In this document: piece after piece, positions 9,733 through 19,751 of the stretch
Numbering within the stretch: the first letter of the stretch is position 1
Layout: the number at the start of each line of letters is the position of its first letter
Assembly: GCA_016199085.1 (NCBI GenBank)
Contig: JACQHJ010000003.1
Span: forward strand, 103,517 to 167,516
Source: Candidatus Levyibacteriota bacterium
Lineage (GTDB): Bacteria; Patescibacteriota; Microgenomatia; Levybacterales; UBA12049
Direction: 5' to 3'
DNA: 64,000 nucleotides
Notes under the pieces: generated by a model
Seen by the model: only the letters and a program-made list of their open reading frames with translations
Told to the model about the DNA's origin: nothing
Databases searched by the model: none
Made by a program: the position numbers and the translations under genes

Positions 9733-10611
9733 TTAAATTCCTTTTACAGCTTGTTTATATGTATCTTTTAAATAATTATTGTTTAAAAGTATGCCGACAA
9801 GAATTAAAACATAGGCTTTTGTAAAAAGTAAAACTTTTAGAATTAGATATTCGGGATATGATTTATGTTTTTTGTAAAAATACAAAAGGTTTTTATAGAT
9901 ATTAACAATTGCAAAAGTCCTATTGGTACTGCCGTGTTCCTCGTGCAAAACATTTGTAAAAGGATAAAAATAGGTTAAGAATCCTTTTTGTTTTGCTCTA
10001 AAACAAAGCTCCATATCCTCCGTATACATAAAAATGTTTTCATCGAAACCATTCAGCTTCTCAAAAACATCTCTTCGTATCATAAATAACCCTCCTTTTA
10101 CCCAGTCTACTTTTTTAATTTCCCTGGGACTTTTATCAACCATTCCCAGCCTTTGTAAGCCGGCTAAAAGCATTGTCACCGAAAAAAGATTATAAAAACT
10201 TCCGCTACTTATTTGCAAAGATTCGTCCATATTTTTTAATTGTCCACCTAAAATCGAAACTTTTTGGTTTTTATTCAGATAATTAACCATTTCCAAAAGA
10301 CTTTTGTCTTTAACAACCGTATCGTTATTTAAAAATAACAAATATTCTCCCTCTGCCCCTTTAGCTCCGATATTGCATCCTTTTCCAAAACCATAATTTT
10401 GATCATTTTCAATTACCTTTGAATTTTTATATTTTTTGCTCTCAACTTCTTTTTTAATTTCGTCTGCTTCTTTGCCAGATGCATTATCAACCACGATAAC
10501 TTCCATTAGATTCTTTTCAAATTCGTCCCTAAATTGATCATATAAGGACTTAAGGCACGAAAGGGTTAATTCCTTCTTTTTGTAATTTAACGTAATGATT
10601 GAAATAAGCAT
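9733..10611 (-). CDS. GT2 glycosyltransferase
   Basis: VVDNAS, NYGFGKGCN, LFLNND, FDENIFMYTEDMELC. Confidence 0.88.
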   Translation of the reverse strand: MLISIITLNYKKKELTLSCLKSLYDQFRDEFEKNLMEVIVVDNASGKEADEIKKEVESKKYKNSKVIENDQNYGFGKGCNIGAKGAEGEYLLFLNNDTVVKDKSLLEMVNYLNKNQKVSILGGQLKNMDESLQISSGSFYNLFSVTMLLAGLQRLGMVDKSPREIKKVDWVKGGLFMIRRDVFEKLNGFDENIFMYTEDMELCFRAKQKGFLTYFYPFTNVLHEEHGSTNRTFAIVNIYKNLLYFYKKHKSYPEYLILKVLLFTKAYVLILVGILLNNNYLKDTYKQAVKGI

Positions 10612-10612
10612 T

Positions 10613-10879
10613 TTAAATACCCCCGGTGAAGATAAAAAATATTATTGAAAAACCAAGAAGACCAATTAGAAGATATTCGACAATAATTTTATTTGTCAGC
10701 TCGTGATTAAGTTTGTGATGTAAAATTCCCCAGAAAACATACGAGGCAATTGTTAAAACTATTATCAGTATCTGTAAATTTGTGTTGGGAGATGCAAAAA
10801 CCGTAGCCAGTAAGCCAATACTAAAAATTATCAAAAGCAGTAAATAGTAATTAAGATGTTTTAAAAATTTCTTTATCAT
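10613..10879 (-). CDS. Small 3-TM membrane protein
   Basis: 88 aa hydrophobic with YVFWGILHH motif; 1-nt gaps to both neighbours. Confidence 0.7.
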   Translation of the reverse strand: MIKKFLKHLNYYLLLLIIFSIGLLATVFASPNTNLQILIIVLTIASYVFWGILHHKLNHELTNKIIVEYLLIGLLGFSIIFFIFTGGI

Positions 10880-10880
10880 T

Positions 10881-11825
10881 TTAGACTATATATCCTTTAA
10901 TAATTACCAATATCAAAGCAAGAATAAGTCCTAAAAACATTATGTGATCCAAGTTGTGACCTACAAACCTTAGTATCTTTTTTCTTTCAATTATTATCAT
11001 ATCTAGAATAAAGACAAACATAAATATAGTGATTGCAACGGAGGCTAGATTTGAGGAAAATGTTTCCGCGTTAATAAGCGGTTTTATCTTGGGATTTACA
11101 TTACTTGCAACAGTTTCGGTATTGGTCTTTTCTTGGGCCAAAGGAGATGACTCCTCTTCAACCAAAGCCTGGGCTTTGGGAACTTGGGCAAAAGATTCCT
11201 CTGTTGATCCGGTTGCAACCTCTTTAACTGTTTCCTCTTGAGTCTTACTCGGTGCTGCAGCAAGAGTTGTGCTACCAAACATCTCTACAACCACAACAGT
11301 ATCTTCTCCGTTTAAGTTTCCAGTTACGACGGCAAAGCCTACATTATTATAATTTGGGGAAAGAATATTGTCCTTATGTGATTGACTTGCCATCCAGGCA
11401 TTAATTACGTCGGAGGTGTTAGTATATCCCCTAGCCAAATTTTCCCCTGCAAAGGTATAATTGTAGCCAGCTCCTCTAATAAAAACCCAGGGAGTGGCAC
11501 CATCTGGAGCTATATGAGCCCAGTATCCTTTGGCAAGCATATCGCTTCCCTTATTAGCTGCTGCCGTATTTAGTCTCCCATCTAAACTCAACGGGGGAAG
11601 ACCGCTTTCTTGTCTTTTTTGATTAGTCAATATAAGCAGTTGATCTATGGAGACATCAGAAGATATACCCAAAATCTCCGGGTAGTTAGTCTTTGCAAAA
11701 GACATCAAAAGACCTGCTGAGAAAAAGAAAAGCGTTAGAAGCAAAAGAATCTTTGGATGAAGCAATCTTGGCCTGTAATTATTTGAAGTTTGAGGAGTAA
11801 AAAAATGATAAATAAAGCTAACCAT
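10881..11825 (-). CDS. CAP/SCP-domain membrane-anchored protein
   Basis: TNQKR...L..AA..K..DM...YWAH, AGENLA, AWMASQSHKDNIL; N- and C-terminal TM segments. Confidence 0.85.
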   Translation of the reverse strand: MVSFIYHFFTPQTSNNYRPRLLHPKILLLLTLFFFSAGLLMSFAKTNYPEILGISSDVSIDQLLILTNQKRQESGLPPLSLDGRLNTAAANKGSDMLAKGYWAHIAPDGATPWVFIRGAGYNYTFAGENLARGYTNTSDVINAWMASQSHKDNILSPNYNNVGFAVVTGNLNGEDTVVVVEMFGSTTLAAAPSKTQEETVKEVATGSTEESFAQVPKAQALVEEESSPLAQEKTNTETVASNVNPKIKPLINAETFSSNLASVAITIFMFVFILDMIIIERKKILRFVGHNLDHIMFLGLILALILVIIKGYIV

Positions 11826-11828
11826 ATT

Positions 11829-12146
11829 TTAATTATATACTGGCTCTTCCATTTCTCCAACTTTTCTTTCATTAACAGGAATTTTAAGCAAATATGAAAG
11901 AGTGTTTGCGATAGCTATTCCAACCCTAAGCCCAGTAAACGAACCAGGGCCTTTGTTTACTTCAATTTTTGATAAATCTTTTGGGGAAAGATTATTATCT
12001 TTTAATACTTTTTCTATTAATAAAAGGCACGTTTGGGATTTTAATTTCTTAGAATCTGAAACTACTATATTTCTCTTTCCGCCAGTTTCAATTCCAATCT
12101 TTACTTTCTTATTGCTTGAAGTATCAATAATCAAAATATTGCCCAT
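11829..12146 (-). CDS. tsaB: t6A biosynthesis protein TsaB (short, N-terminal domain only)
   Basis: IIDTSS, GPGSFTGLRVG; clustered with tsaC and tsaE. Confidence 0.88.
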   Translation of the reverse strand: MGNILIIDTSSNKKVKIGIETGGKRNIVVSDSKKLKSQTCLLLIEKVLKDNNLSPKDLSKIEVNKGPGSFTGLRVGIAIANTLSYLLKIPVNERKVGEMEEPVYN

Positions 12147-12148
12147 AC

Positions 12149-12730
12149 TTATATCTTAAGCTCTACAGCGCCTTTTCGCAAAATTTGCCAGGGGGTTTTG
12201 GTACAGTCGACAACAGTCGAGGCATTTTTTATGCTACATTCTCCCTCCAAGACAAAATCTACCGATTGAACAAGATATTTATTCAGCATATTTTTTGAGT
12301 AAGGAGTTTGTTCACCATGTATATTTGCGGAAGGACCAAGGATGGGAACGCCGGTTTTTTCAATAATCTCAAGTATTTGCTTATCATTGGGCATTCTGAT
12401 TCCGATATTGCCTCCCCCTCCCCTGACTAAAGACGGAACGAGATCTTTTCTTGCTTTTAAAACAATTGTTAGGGCTCCTGGCCAGTATTTCTTAATTAAT
12501 TTTTCTTCAACATTTGCTTCCAAACTCTCCCAATATTTTTTTGCCATTTCTATACTTGATACTAAAACAGGAGTCGCCATACGAATAGGTCTTTGACGAA
12601 GATTAAATAAGCGCTCTATTGCATCGATTCTATCTATTCTACAACCAATACCAAAAGCAGTATCTGTTGGAAAAATTATTATTCCACCACTATTTAAAAT
12701 CTGTACAGCCTTATCAATATCGCTATTCAT
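12149..12730 (-). CDS. tsaC: Threonylcarbamoyl-AMP synthase (TsaC/YrdC)
   Basis: FPTDTAFGIG, WPGALT, GIRMP, PSAN, STVVD. Confidence 0.9.
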   Translation of the reverse strand: MNSDIDKAVQILNSGGIIIFPTDTAFGIGCRIDRIDAIERLFNLRQRPIRMATPVLVSSIEMAKKYWESLEANVEEKLIKKYWPGALTIVLKARKDLVPSLVRGGGGNIGIRMPNDKQILEIIEKTGVPILGPSANIHGEQTPYSKNMLNKYLVQSVDFVLEGECSIKNASTVVDCTKTPWQILRKGAVELKI

Positions 12731-13154
12731 GGCTTTCCATTGTTATCTTTCTTGTATTATCATCTACATATTCAAATCTTAAATCAATTCTTTTTAGGGG
12801 TAACAAATCCAAAAGCTTTTCCGCCCATTCGATTGCAACTATATTTTTGTCATCCGACAATATCTCGTCTATGCCAATACCCAACAAATCTTCCCTTGTT
12901 TTTGTCCTGTAAAGATCAATGTGATAGAAATTTAAATCATTGAAATCGTAATGCCTTGCAATAATAAAGGTGGGTGAAATTATCCTTCTTGCAATTCCAA
13001 GTCCTTTTGCAAGTCCTTGAATAAAACTCGTTTTACCGCTTCCCAATTGTCCATAGAAACATAAAATGTCACCTGATTTAATAGTTTTTGCAAAATCAAA
13101 AGCAACATTTTGGGTTTCTTTTAGACTTTGCGTTGTAATAATTTTAGAATACAT
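12723..13154 (-). CDS. tsaE: t6A ATPase TsaE
   Basis: GQLGSGKT, SPTF, HIDLYR, IEWA. Confidence 0.93.
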   Translation of the reverse strand: MYSKIITTQSLKETQNVAFDFAKTIKSGDILCFYGQLGSGKTSFIQGLAKGLGIARRIISPTFIIARHYDFNDLNFYHIDLYRTKTREDLLGIGIDEILSDDKNIVAIEWAEKLLDLLPLKRIDLRFEYVDDNTRKITMESHE

Positions 13155-13187
13155 TGTCTTTAGAATTTTTATATGACCAGAAAAATA

Positions 13188-14015
13188 CTATACCACAAAG
13201 GGAGAGAAAAAGACTCCAAGGGCAATAAAAATTACCCCAATTTTATTATCACTACTTGCTCCTTCTACATATGTGACAACACCTTTGTCTTCATCGGGTT
13301 TATCCATATCTCCAAGAACTGACTGATCTAAAGCTGGCGTTGAATAACTAGTAGGAGGCGTAACTGTAGTAGTAGTCGACAAAGCAGGAGTTGGGGTTTT
13401 AGAAGGAGTAGGGAGAGGAGTTACCGTAGAAGTTGGTTTAATTGTAGGAGTGGGAGTTGGAGACTTTGTTGGAGTTAGTGTTTGAGTCGGAGTTGGTGAA
13501 TTGGTTGGAGATGGAGTAAGCGTTGGCGTAGGCGCAACAACTGCAATTATCACCGGTTCACATGCAGTGCTTTCCTCAGTGCACCACTTTGGATCTATTC
13601 CAGTTGCAGTATATCTTCCAAGTTTAAAACTATAATTCCCACTCCCTTTAAAACTCGCGTCTTGAGTATCTAATTTAAACTCGATAGAGCCACTCCATTG
13701 CCCATTTGGATCCATTGTAACTTGATAATACTTTGCCTTATCTCCTTCATCATCATTGTGCCATTCACCAAAGTTATTCTTTGTATAACCAAGATAAGAA
13801 GGAGGAGGATCTGAGTGCGAAAATACTCCTTTAATATAATAAACATTTCCTGAAGAGTTGTTTATTTCAAGATTAATATTTACAAAAAATGTATCAGTTT
13901 CATTAAGAGTAGTTGGGGCTCCCGAAAAGGTAAAAGTGGCTGCCGAGACTGTATTTACTATTGTTAAATAAATTAACAATAGTGCAAAAGCAATTAAAAT
14001 ATTTATTGCTTTCAT
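13188..14015 (-). CDS. Exported protein with Pro/Thr-rich stalk and C-terminal anchor (anchor appears frameshifted, see findings)
   Basis: Signal peptide, beta-rich domain, PTPTLTPSPTNSPTPT... repeats, hydrophobic C-terminus. Confidence 0.8.
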   Translation of the reverse strand: MKAINILIAFALLLIYLTIVNTVSAATFTFSGAPTTLNETDTFFVNINLEINNSSGNVYYIKGVFSHSDPPPSYLGYTKNNFGEWHNDDEGDKAKYYQVTMDPNGQWSGSIEFKLDTQDASFKGSGNYSFKLGRYTATGIDPKWCTEESTACEPVIIAVVAPTPTLTPSPTNSPTPTQTLTPTKSPTPTPTIKPTSTVTPLPTPSKTPTPALSTTTTVTPPTSYSTPALDQSVLGDMDKPDEDKGVVTYVEGASSDNKIGVIFIALGVFFSPFVV

Positions 14016-14037
14016 TAATAATAAATTCTAGTAAAAA

Positions 14038-15273
14038 TCACTTTATCTCTATTTTCTCTATTGAGTTTATGTTCGAAACAGAGTAGTGATCTGTAAATTT
14101 TATATGATGTCCGTTGGGCACAAAAGGATCGTACATTGTATAATCTCCGTTAGATCCGCTTACAAAGACGACAAAATGATCAGGTCCTCTTCCAATTCCT
14201 ATAATAACTGGTCTTCCGGCACTTAACTCACCATCTATGGTTGCGTATACCCTCTCCAATGTCATTCCATCTGCGCTTATTCTCTTATTTAGATATGCCG
14301 GATAATATGAGGCAAAGTTTGAAGAATTTGAATTTATAGTTTGAGGGGTTACGCCCTTTTTGCCTAAATGAGTATAAACCATAGCCATGGCAGTAACCAA
14401 ACAACCATCCGATGCGAGAGTATACTGAGTACCATTTAGAGAATTGTTGCCCCACTGGCTGTCTCTTTGATTGTAATAGCAACCCCAATCATCACAATAT
14501 GTCTGTCCTGAGAGGATTGATGCTCCACCCTGGCTTGTTACGAATCTTTGAAAACCGGCTAGTTGGGCTTTTGCTTGAGCAAGAAGTCTTTGATAATTTG
14601 CTTCTGAGCCTTGAGTTTCTGTCAGAAGCCTTTGTTTTGCTTGTTTATCTTGTTCTAACTTATTATCATATTCTTCTAGCTGGATCTTTAAGCTTTCCAC
14701 TTTTTTCTTTTCATCTTCAAATATCTCTTTTTGATTTGCATAATCTACCTTTGCCTGCTGGGTCTGATAAATAAGTTGTTTATCATGAGCTTGAGCTCTT
14801 TTTAAATAGTTAAGTCTTGAGAAGAAATCCGAAGCATCGGAGGAAGTAAGAAGGATTTGCAATGGCTGTATTGTTCCAACCTCGTAAGTTGCAACCATTC
14901 TATTAAGCAAAACTTCGACCAATTCGTTCAATGACCTTTCAAGACCCGATATTTTTTTAGTTGTAGTATCAATATCCAAAGTAATATCAGTAATCTGTTC
15001 CTGAGTTGAGGCAATTTGATACTCAGTTAATTTAATCTGATTATCCATAACTGCAATCTGTGAAGACAGAGTGTTTGCCTGACTCTTTAATTCATTAATC
15101 TTGCTTGTGTACTCGCTAATTTTATTTTGTAAATCTTGGTTAGCTGGAGAAGTTGTTGGAGTTGGCGTAGGGCTTGATTGGGCAAGAGAAAAACCTTTAG
15201 TAAAAATTAAGACCAGAAAAATGATTAAAAATATTATTGTTTTTTTTAAAAAATTCATAGAACATAAAGTCAT
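14038..15273 (-). CDS. Secreted coiled-coil (PcsB/CwlO-like) protein with C39-like cysteine peptidase domain
   Basis: Signal peptide, long coiled coil, YNQRDSQW, GCLVTAMAM, HFVVF, YDP; directly downstream of ftsX. Confidence 0.8.
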   Translation of the reverse strand: MTLCSMNFLKKTIIFLIIFLVLIFTKGFSLAQSSPTPTPTTSPANQDLQNKISEYTSKINELKSQANTLSSQIAVMDNQIKLTEYQIASTQEQITDITLDIDTTTKKISGLERSLNELVEVLLNRMVATYEVGTIQPLQILLTSSDASDFFSRLNYLKRAQAHDKQLIYQTQQAKVDYANQKEIFEDEKKKVESLKIQLEEYDNKLEQDKQAKQRLLTETQGSEANYQRLLAQAKAQLAGFQRFVTSQGGASILSGQTYCDDWGCYYNQRDSQWGNNSLNGTQYTLASDGCLVTAMAMVYTHLGKKGVTPQTINSNSSNFASYYPAYLNKRISADGMTLERVYATIDGELSAGRPVIIGIGRGPDHFVVFVSGSNGDYTMYDPFVPNGHHIKFTDHYSVSNINSIEKIEIK

Positions 15274-16136
15274 TTAAGATATCTTAAAACAGCCAAAAAG
15301 CTTGAGATAATACCAAGTAATGCAGCAAGCAATAATTCAAGTCCTAAAAGCATAAGTAAATCCATAGCTGGAACCGGGATAATGGGAATTCCTTTTAGGA
15401 AAGACTCTAGAAATGGAGTTGCATATAAAAGCGTGGCCGTTGAAATAGACCAACCAATTACTGCACCAATCATTCCGTAAAATATTCCTTCTATGATAAA
15501 AGGCCATCTTATATACCAATTGGTTGCTCCGATAAGCTTCATTATCTCAATATCTTCCTTTTTATGAGAGATCTTTATTCCAATTATTGTAACCATAATA
15601 AAGACTGAGACAAGTGATAAGAGAACTATTAAGGCAATGCCGATTTTTCTGATTGCATTAGTCCAGGAAGTTAATGCTGAAACAACATCCTTTTGATAGA
15701 TTACTTCTGAAACAATCGGAGATTTTTTAAGTGTATCTGAAATGGGTGCCAAATCTTCGATTTTAATTGCGGATATTTCAAAAGATGCAGGCAGGACGTC
15801 TGCCGTTACCAAATCAAGCAAAAGAGGATCGTCTTTATTCTGCTCTTTATAAATGCTTAAAGCCTGTTCTTTGGAAACATATTTAATTGACGCAATTTTA
15901 CCACTCGTTGAAAGCTGGTTTTCAAGCGCATTAATATCAGCTTGGGGTGCATCGTTTTTGAAAAAAGCGGTAACCTGAGGTTTTGATTCAAAAAAATTAA
16001 CTATTTTTGAAGATCCTACAAGTATAAATGTAAAAAAGGAAACGACCAAGAAAGTTAAGGTCATAATTAGAATTGCAGCAAAAGCCTGATAAGGCGACCT
16101 TCTGATATTTCTCCAAGCTGTGCTAAAGAATTTCAT
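15270..16136 (-). CDS. ftsX: Cell division permease FtsX
   Basis: YVSKEQAL, IEIMKLIGATNWYIRWPFIIEG. Confidence 0.93.
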   Translation of the reverse strand: MKFFSTAWRNIRRSPYQAFAAILIMTLTFLVVSFFTFILVGSSKIVNFFESKPQVTAFFKNDAPQADINALENQLSTSGKIASIKYVSKEQALSIYKEQNKDDPLLLDLVTADVLPASFEISAIKIEDLAPISDTLKKSPIVSEVIYQKDVVSALTSWTNAIRKIGIALIVLLSLVSVFIMVTIIGIKISHKKEDIEIMKLIGATNWYIRWPFIIEGIFYGMIGAVIGWSISTATLLYATPFLESFLKGIPIIPVPAMDLLMLLGLELLLAALLGIISSFLAVLRYLK

Positions 16137-16939
16137 TCTTTCTTTTCCTCCTTTTGGCTTTTTTCATCTTTTTCTTGGCCTTCTTGATCTTTTTGTTCAA
16201 CATGTTCTTCATGTTTTTTCTCTTTCTCTTCGTGTTTCTCCTCATGCTTTTCTTCGTGCTTTTTCTCCTCATGATGGCCTTTTTCTTCCTTTATAACTCT
16301 TCCCTTATCCAAATGAACAACTCTTTTGTTCATGCTTTTGACTATGTCAACATTATGCGTTGCCATAATAACCGTAGTTCCCATTTTATTAATGTCTGAT
16401 AATATCTTTACTATTTCCCAGGAAGTGGCTGCATCAAGGTTTCCCGTTGGCTCATCGGCAAGAAGAATCTCTGGGGAAAGGATTAATGCTCTTGCTATGG
16501 CTGTTCTTTGCAGCTCTCCTCCTGAAAGCTGAATCGGGAATTTGTCTTTGTGTTCCAATAAACCCACTTGTCTTAATATTTCTTCTACTCTTTGTGATAC
16601 TTTTTTTGCATTTTCTCCGGAGACTTCAAGGGGTAGAACTACGTTTTCAAAAATAGTCCTATCTGCCAAAAGCTTTAAATCCTGGAAAACAACGCCTATT
16701 TTTTTTCTAAAAGAAGAGAGCTTTCCTTTGGAGAGCTTAACAACATCAAATTCATTGATGAAAATGCTTCCCTCAGAGGGTAAAGTATCTCTTATTAAAA
16801 GTCTAAAGAGAGTTGTTTTACCGCTACCTGTTGGACCTACCAAAAAAATAAATTCTCCTTTATCAACTAAAAGAGAAACTTCGGAAAGCGCAAGAGTTCC
16901 TGTTGCAAATTTTTTAGATACTTTATCAAGTTTTATCAT
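16133..16939 (-). CDS. ftsE: Cell division ATPase FtsE with charged His-rich tail
   Basis: GPTGSGKT, VVFQD, LSGGELQR, LADEPTGNLD; adjacent to ftsX. Confidence 0.93.
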   Translation of the reverse strand: MIKLDKVSKKFATGTLALSEVSLLVDKGEFIFLVGPTGSGKTTLFRLLIRDTLPSEGSIFINEFDVVKLSKGKLSSFRKKIGVVFQDLKLLADRTIFENVVLPLEVSGENAKKVSQRVEEILRQVGLLEHKDKFPIQLSGGELQRTAIARALILSPEILLADEPTGNLDAATSWEIVKILSDINKMGTTVIMATHNVDIVKSMNKRVVHLDKGRVIKEEKGHHEEKKHEEKHEEKHEEKEKKHEEHVEQKDQEGQEKDEKSQKEEKKE

Positions 16940-17418
16940 TACAAAACCTCAACTCTTCCTACATCCATTAACCATCCTGCGTGTTGAGCTTTTTGTGTTT
17001 CTCCCCAGACCTTTATTTTCCTACTGACAAACTGTGATAAATCAACAATTGAGGAAGTAAGGTAAACGTTTTGGCTTTCTCCACCGGGTCTTTCCAGATG
17101 AAATGCACCTTCGCCGTCTATCCCGCCTTCTTTTAATGTTCCCTCAACAACGTCTTTGAAAGTTTTAGTATCTTTTGATCCAACGATAGTTCCTTTAGGT
17201 GCGGAAGATAAATTCAAGATATTATTTGTTTTTGATCCAGAAGTTTGGCCACCAATACTGCCGGAAAGGAAGAATCCGGTCATTATTCCCAAAACTACGA
17301 CTAAAATTAAAGCACCTACTATTTTAGGAGAGTATTTTGATTTCATAGCATTTTTATCGAAGTTTTTGATCAAAGGTTGATCTGTAATTCTTTCTTGCTC
17401 GTTTTTTTCTGTCTCCAT
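16939..17418 (-). CDS. Membrane-anchored hypothetical protein (OB-fold-like C-terminus)
   Basis: Single TM; GGIDGEGAFHLERPGG...VYLTSS...VWGET; SD GGAGGTGA upstream. Confidence 0.7.
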   Translation of the reverse strand: METEKNEQERITDQPLIKNFDKNAMKSKYSPKIVGALILVVVLGIMTGFFLSGSIGGQTSGSKTNNILNLSSAPKGTIVGSKDTKTFKDVVEGTLKEGGIDGEGAFHLERPGGESQNVYLTSSIVDLSQFVSRKIKVWGETQKAQHAGWLMDVGRVEVL

Positions 17419-17474
17419 TAACTTTAAATCACCTCCTCATCTAGTAAACCATATTTCAAGGCTTTTAGCAACCT

Positions 17475-18476
17475 TTAAAGGAGTCTTAGTTCCTCTTCAA
17501 TGAAGCTATCTATCTCTCCATTTAAGACAGATTCCGTATTTGAGGTCTCAAAATTGGTTCTTAAGTCTTTTACCATTTTATAAGGATGCAAAACATATGA
17601 TCTTATCTGGTTTCCCCAGCCTGGAGTCTTATACCCGCCCTTAAGGCTTTGCTCATGCTTTTTCCTCTCTTCTTCCTGTAGAAACCAAAGCTTGGCACGA
17701 AGCATTTTTAAGGCATATTCCCTGTTTTGGCCCTGATAGCGTTCACTTTGGGCCGTAACTATGATTCCCGTTGGCTTATGAGTTAGTCTTACCGCAGTTG
17801 ATACTTTATTTACGTTTTGGCCGCCATGGCCTCCGCTTCTGAAAAAATCCCACTCCAAATCGTCGTCTTTTATCTCAAGTTTTCCCTCCTCAATGTCTGG
17901 CAATACTTCAACCAAAGCAAAAGAGGTTTGCCTTAGCTTATCCGCGTTAAAAGGAGATTGCCTGACAAGCCTATGGACCCCTGCTTCGTGTTTTAGGAAG
18001 CCGTAGGCATATGGACCGTCAACTTGGATGGTTATGCTCTTTAAACCGGCTTCTTCACCTGGTGTTTGTTCAATTATCTCCTGCTTGAAGTCGCGTCTTT
18101 CAAAAAACCTCGAGTACATTCTATAAAGCATGTTCGTCCAGTCCATTGCCTCAACTCCTCCCTGGCCTGAATGCAAAGCCAAAATTGCCGAACCTTTATC
18201 AAAATCGCCTGAGAAGTAAAGTAAATTCTCAAATTCTTTAACCAAAGTCTTTGCCTCATCAAGACTTCCTGTTTCCAAAAGTTCTAAAAGCGTCTCTGCT
18301 TTTTTTATCTCTTCGGAAAGTCCTGCTAGTTCTTTCATTCTTGAAGAAGCCGATCTTTGATCTTTCCAAAAGTCAGGATGGGAACTTTGGACCTCAATTT
18401 CTCTAACCATCTTTCTCTTTTGGTCAATATTAAATTTTTCTAAGGCTTTTTGTGCTCTTATCTTTAAATCTTCCAT
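17475..18476 (-). CDS. prfB: Peptide chain release factor 2
   Basis: [13 protein letters not shown] (SPF tripeptide), [19 protein letters not shown]. Confidence 0.95.
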   Translation of the reverse strand: MEDLKIRAQKALEKFNIDQKRKMVREIEVQSSHPDFWKDQRSASSRMKELAGLSEEIKKAETLLELLETGSLDEAKTLVKEFENLLYFSGDFDKGSAILALHSGQGGVEAMDWTNMLYRMYSRFFERRDFKQEIIEQTPGEEAGLKSITIQVDGPYAYGFLKHEAGVHRLVRQSPFNADKLRQTSFALVEVLPDIEEGKLEIKDDDLEWDFFRSGGHGGQNVNKVSTAVRLTHKPTGIIVTAQSERYQGQNREYALKMLRAKLWFLQEEERKKHEQSLKGGYKTPGWGNQIRSYVLHPYKMVKDLRTNFETSNTESVLNGEIDSFIEEELRLL

Positions 18477-18479
18477 AAA

Positions 18480-19751
18480 TTAAAATACTTTTAAAAATGA
18501 CAGAATTACTGCTACCGAGGCTATAGCCATAATAACGGTAATTAGCCACCCCATTATATTCGAAACTTTTGGGTTTGTCCTGCCATTCATAATCTGTTTA
18601 TTATTGGAAATTTTCATAATAAGAATTAGAAGGATTGGCGCACATACTCCGTTTAAAATGGCAGAGTAATAAAGTATCTGGAATGGCTTAATTGGCAAAA
18701 ACCCTATCAAAAGTCCAAGCAAGGTTGCAAGTGCAATGACAAAATAAAAAGTTTTGGCTTTTGAAAACCTCTCATTAAGTCCCGTTCTCCAGCCAAAGCT
18801 TTCAGAAAGCGCATATGATGCACTTCCGGCTAAGATCGGTACTGCCAAAAGTCCAGTGCCTATAATTCCTGCAGCAAAAAGAAGGAAAGCAAAATCCCCC
18901 GCAATAGGTTTTAGGGCCAATGCTGCCTGATCGGCTGTTTCAATACTTAGTATTCCGTTTAAATGAAGCGTTGAGGCTGTTGTGATGATAATAAAAAACA
19001 TGACAATATTTGAAAAAAACATGCCAATTACGGTATCAAGCCTTAACTGACTAATATCTTTTCCTGTTATATGCGGCTTTCCTCTTCCCATACTTGCAAT
19101 TTTATGATGCTCTATCTCTTCCTCAACCTCTTCATCAGCCTGCCAGAAAAAAAGATATGGGGAAATAGTTGTACCTAAGATGGCTACGATATTAAAAAGA
19201 TACTCTTTGGAAAAATAAACAGTAGGTAGAACAGTTGATTTAAGAACATTTATCCACTCCTGTTTTATTATTATTGCGGCAAAGATATATGAAAAAAGAG
19301 CAAATGTAAGATATTTAAGAAGACGGGCATAAACTGCGTAAGAAACAAAAACCTCTAGGGTAATTGTCGTAACAGTTAAAACAATCAGCCAAAAGACATA
19401 AGGGATATCAAATATTAGTTTTGCCGATGCCGCCATTGCCGATAAATCAGCGGCGATGTTTATAGTATTGGCAAAAAACAAAACAAATACTGCTCCATAT
19501 AAAATCCATTTTGAATAGTATCTTCTAATAATCCCAGAAAGACCCATTCCGGTAGCAAGACCGATGCGACCACAAATCTCCTGAATGACGGTCATAAAAG
19601 GAAATGTGAAAAGTGCGGTCCAGGCCTGGGAATAGCCAAACATTGCTCCTGTTTGGGAATATGCTGCTATACCTGAGGGATCGTCGTCTGCGGCACCTGT
19701 GATAAACCCAGGACCTAAAACTTTTAATAGCTTTTTCAATTTTTCTTTCAT
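18480..19751 (-). CDS. NRAMP-family divalent metal transporter
   Basis: GPGFITGAADDDPSG, GTTISPYLFFWQ; about 11 TM segments. Confidence 0.88.
   Translation of the reverse strand: MKEKLKKLLKVLGPGFITGAADDDPSGIAAYSQTGAMFGYSQAWTALFTFPFMTVIQEICGRIGLATGMGLSGIIRRYYSKWILYGAVFVLFFANTINIAADLSAMAASAKLIFDIPYVFWLIVLTVTTITLEVFVSYAVYARLLKYLTFALFSYIFAAIIIKQEWINVLKSTVLPTVYFSKEYLFNIVAILGTTISPYLFFWQADEEVEEEIEHHKIASMGRGKPHITGKDISQLRLDTVIGMFFSNIVMFFIIITTASTLHLNGILSIETADQAALALKPIAGDFAFLLFAAGIIGTGLLAVPILAGSASYALSESFGWRTGLNERFSKAKTFYFVIALATLLGLLIGFLPIKPFQILYYSAILNGVCAPILLILIMKISNNKQIMNGRTNPKVSNIMGWLITVIMAIASVAVILSFLKVF

Noticed and set aside
13340-13535. Tandem DNA repeat in the Pro/Thr stalk
   Set aside because: Degenerate codon-level low complexity from PT repeats, not a discrete repeat array.
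18400-18476. Programmed +1 frameshift in prfB
   Set aside because: The frame is continuous (TTT AAT ATT GAC) with no CTT TGA site; loss of the frameshift is common.
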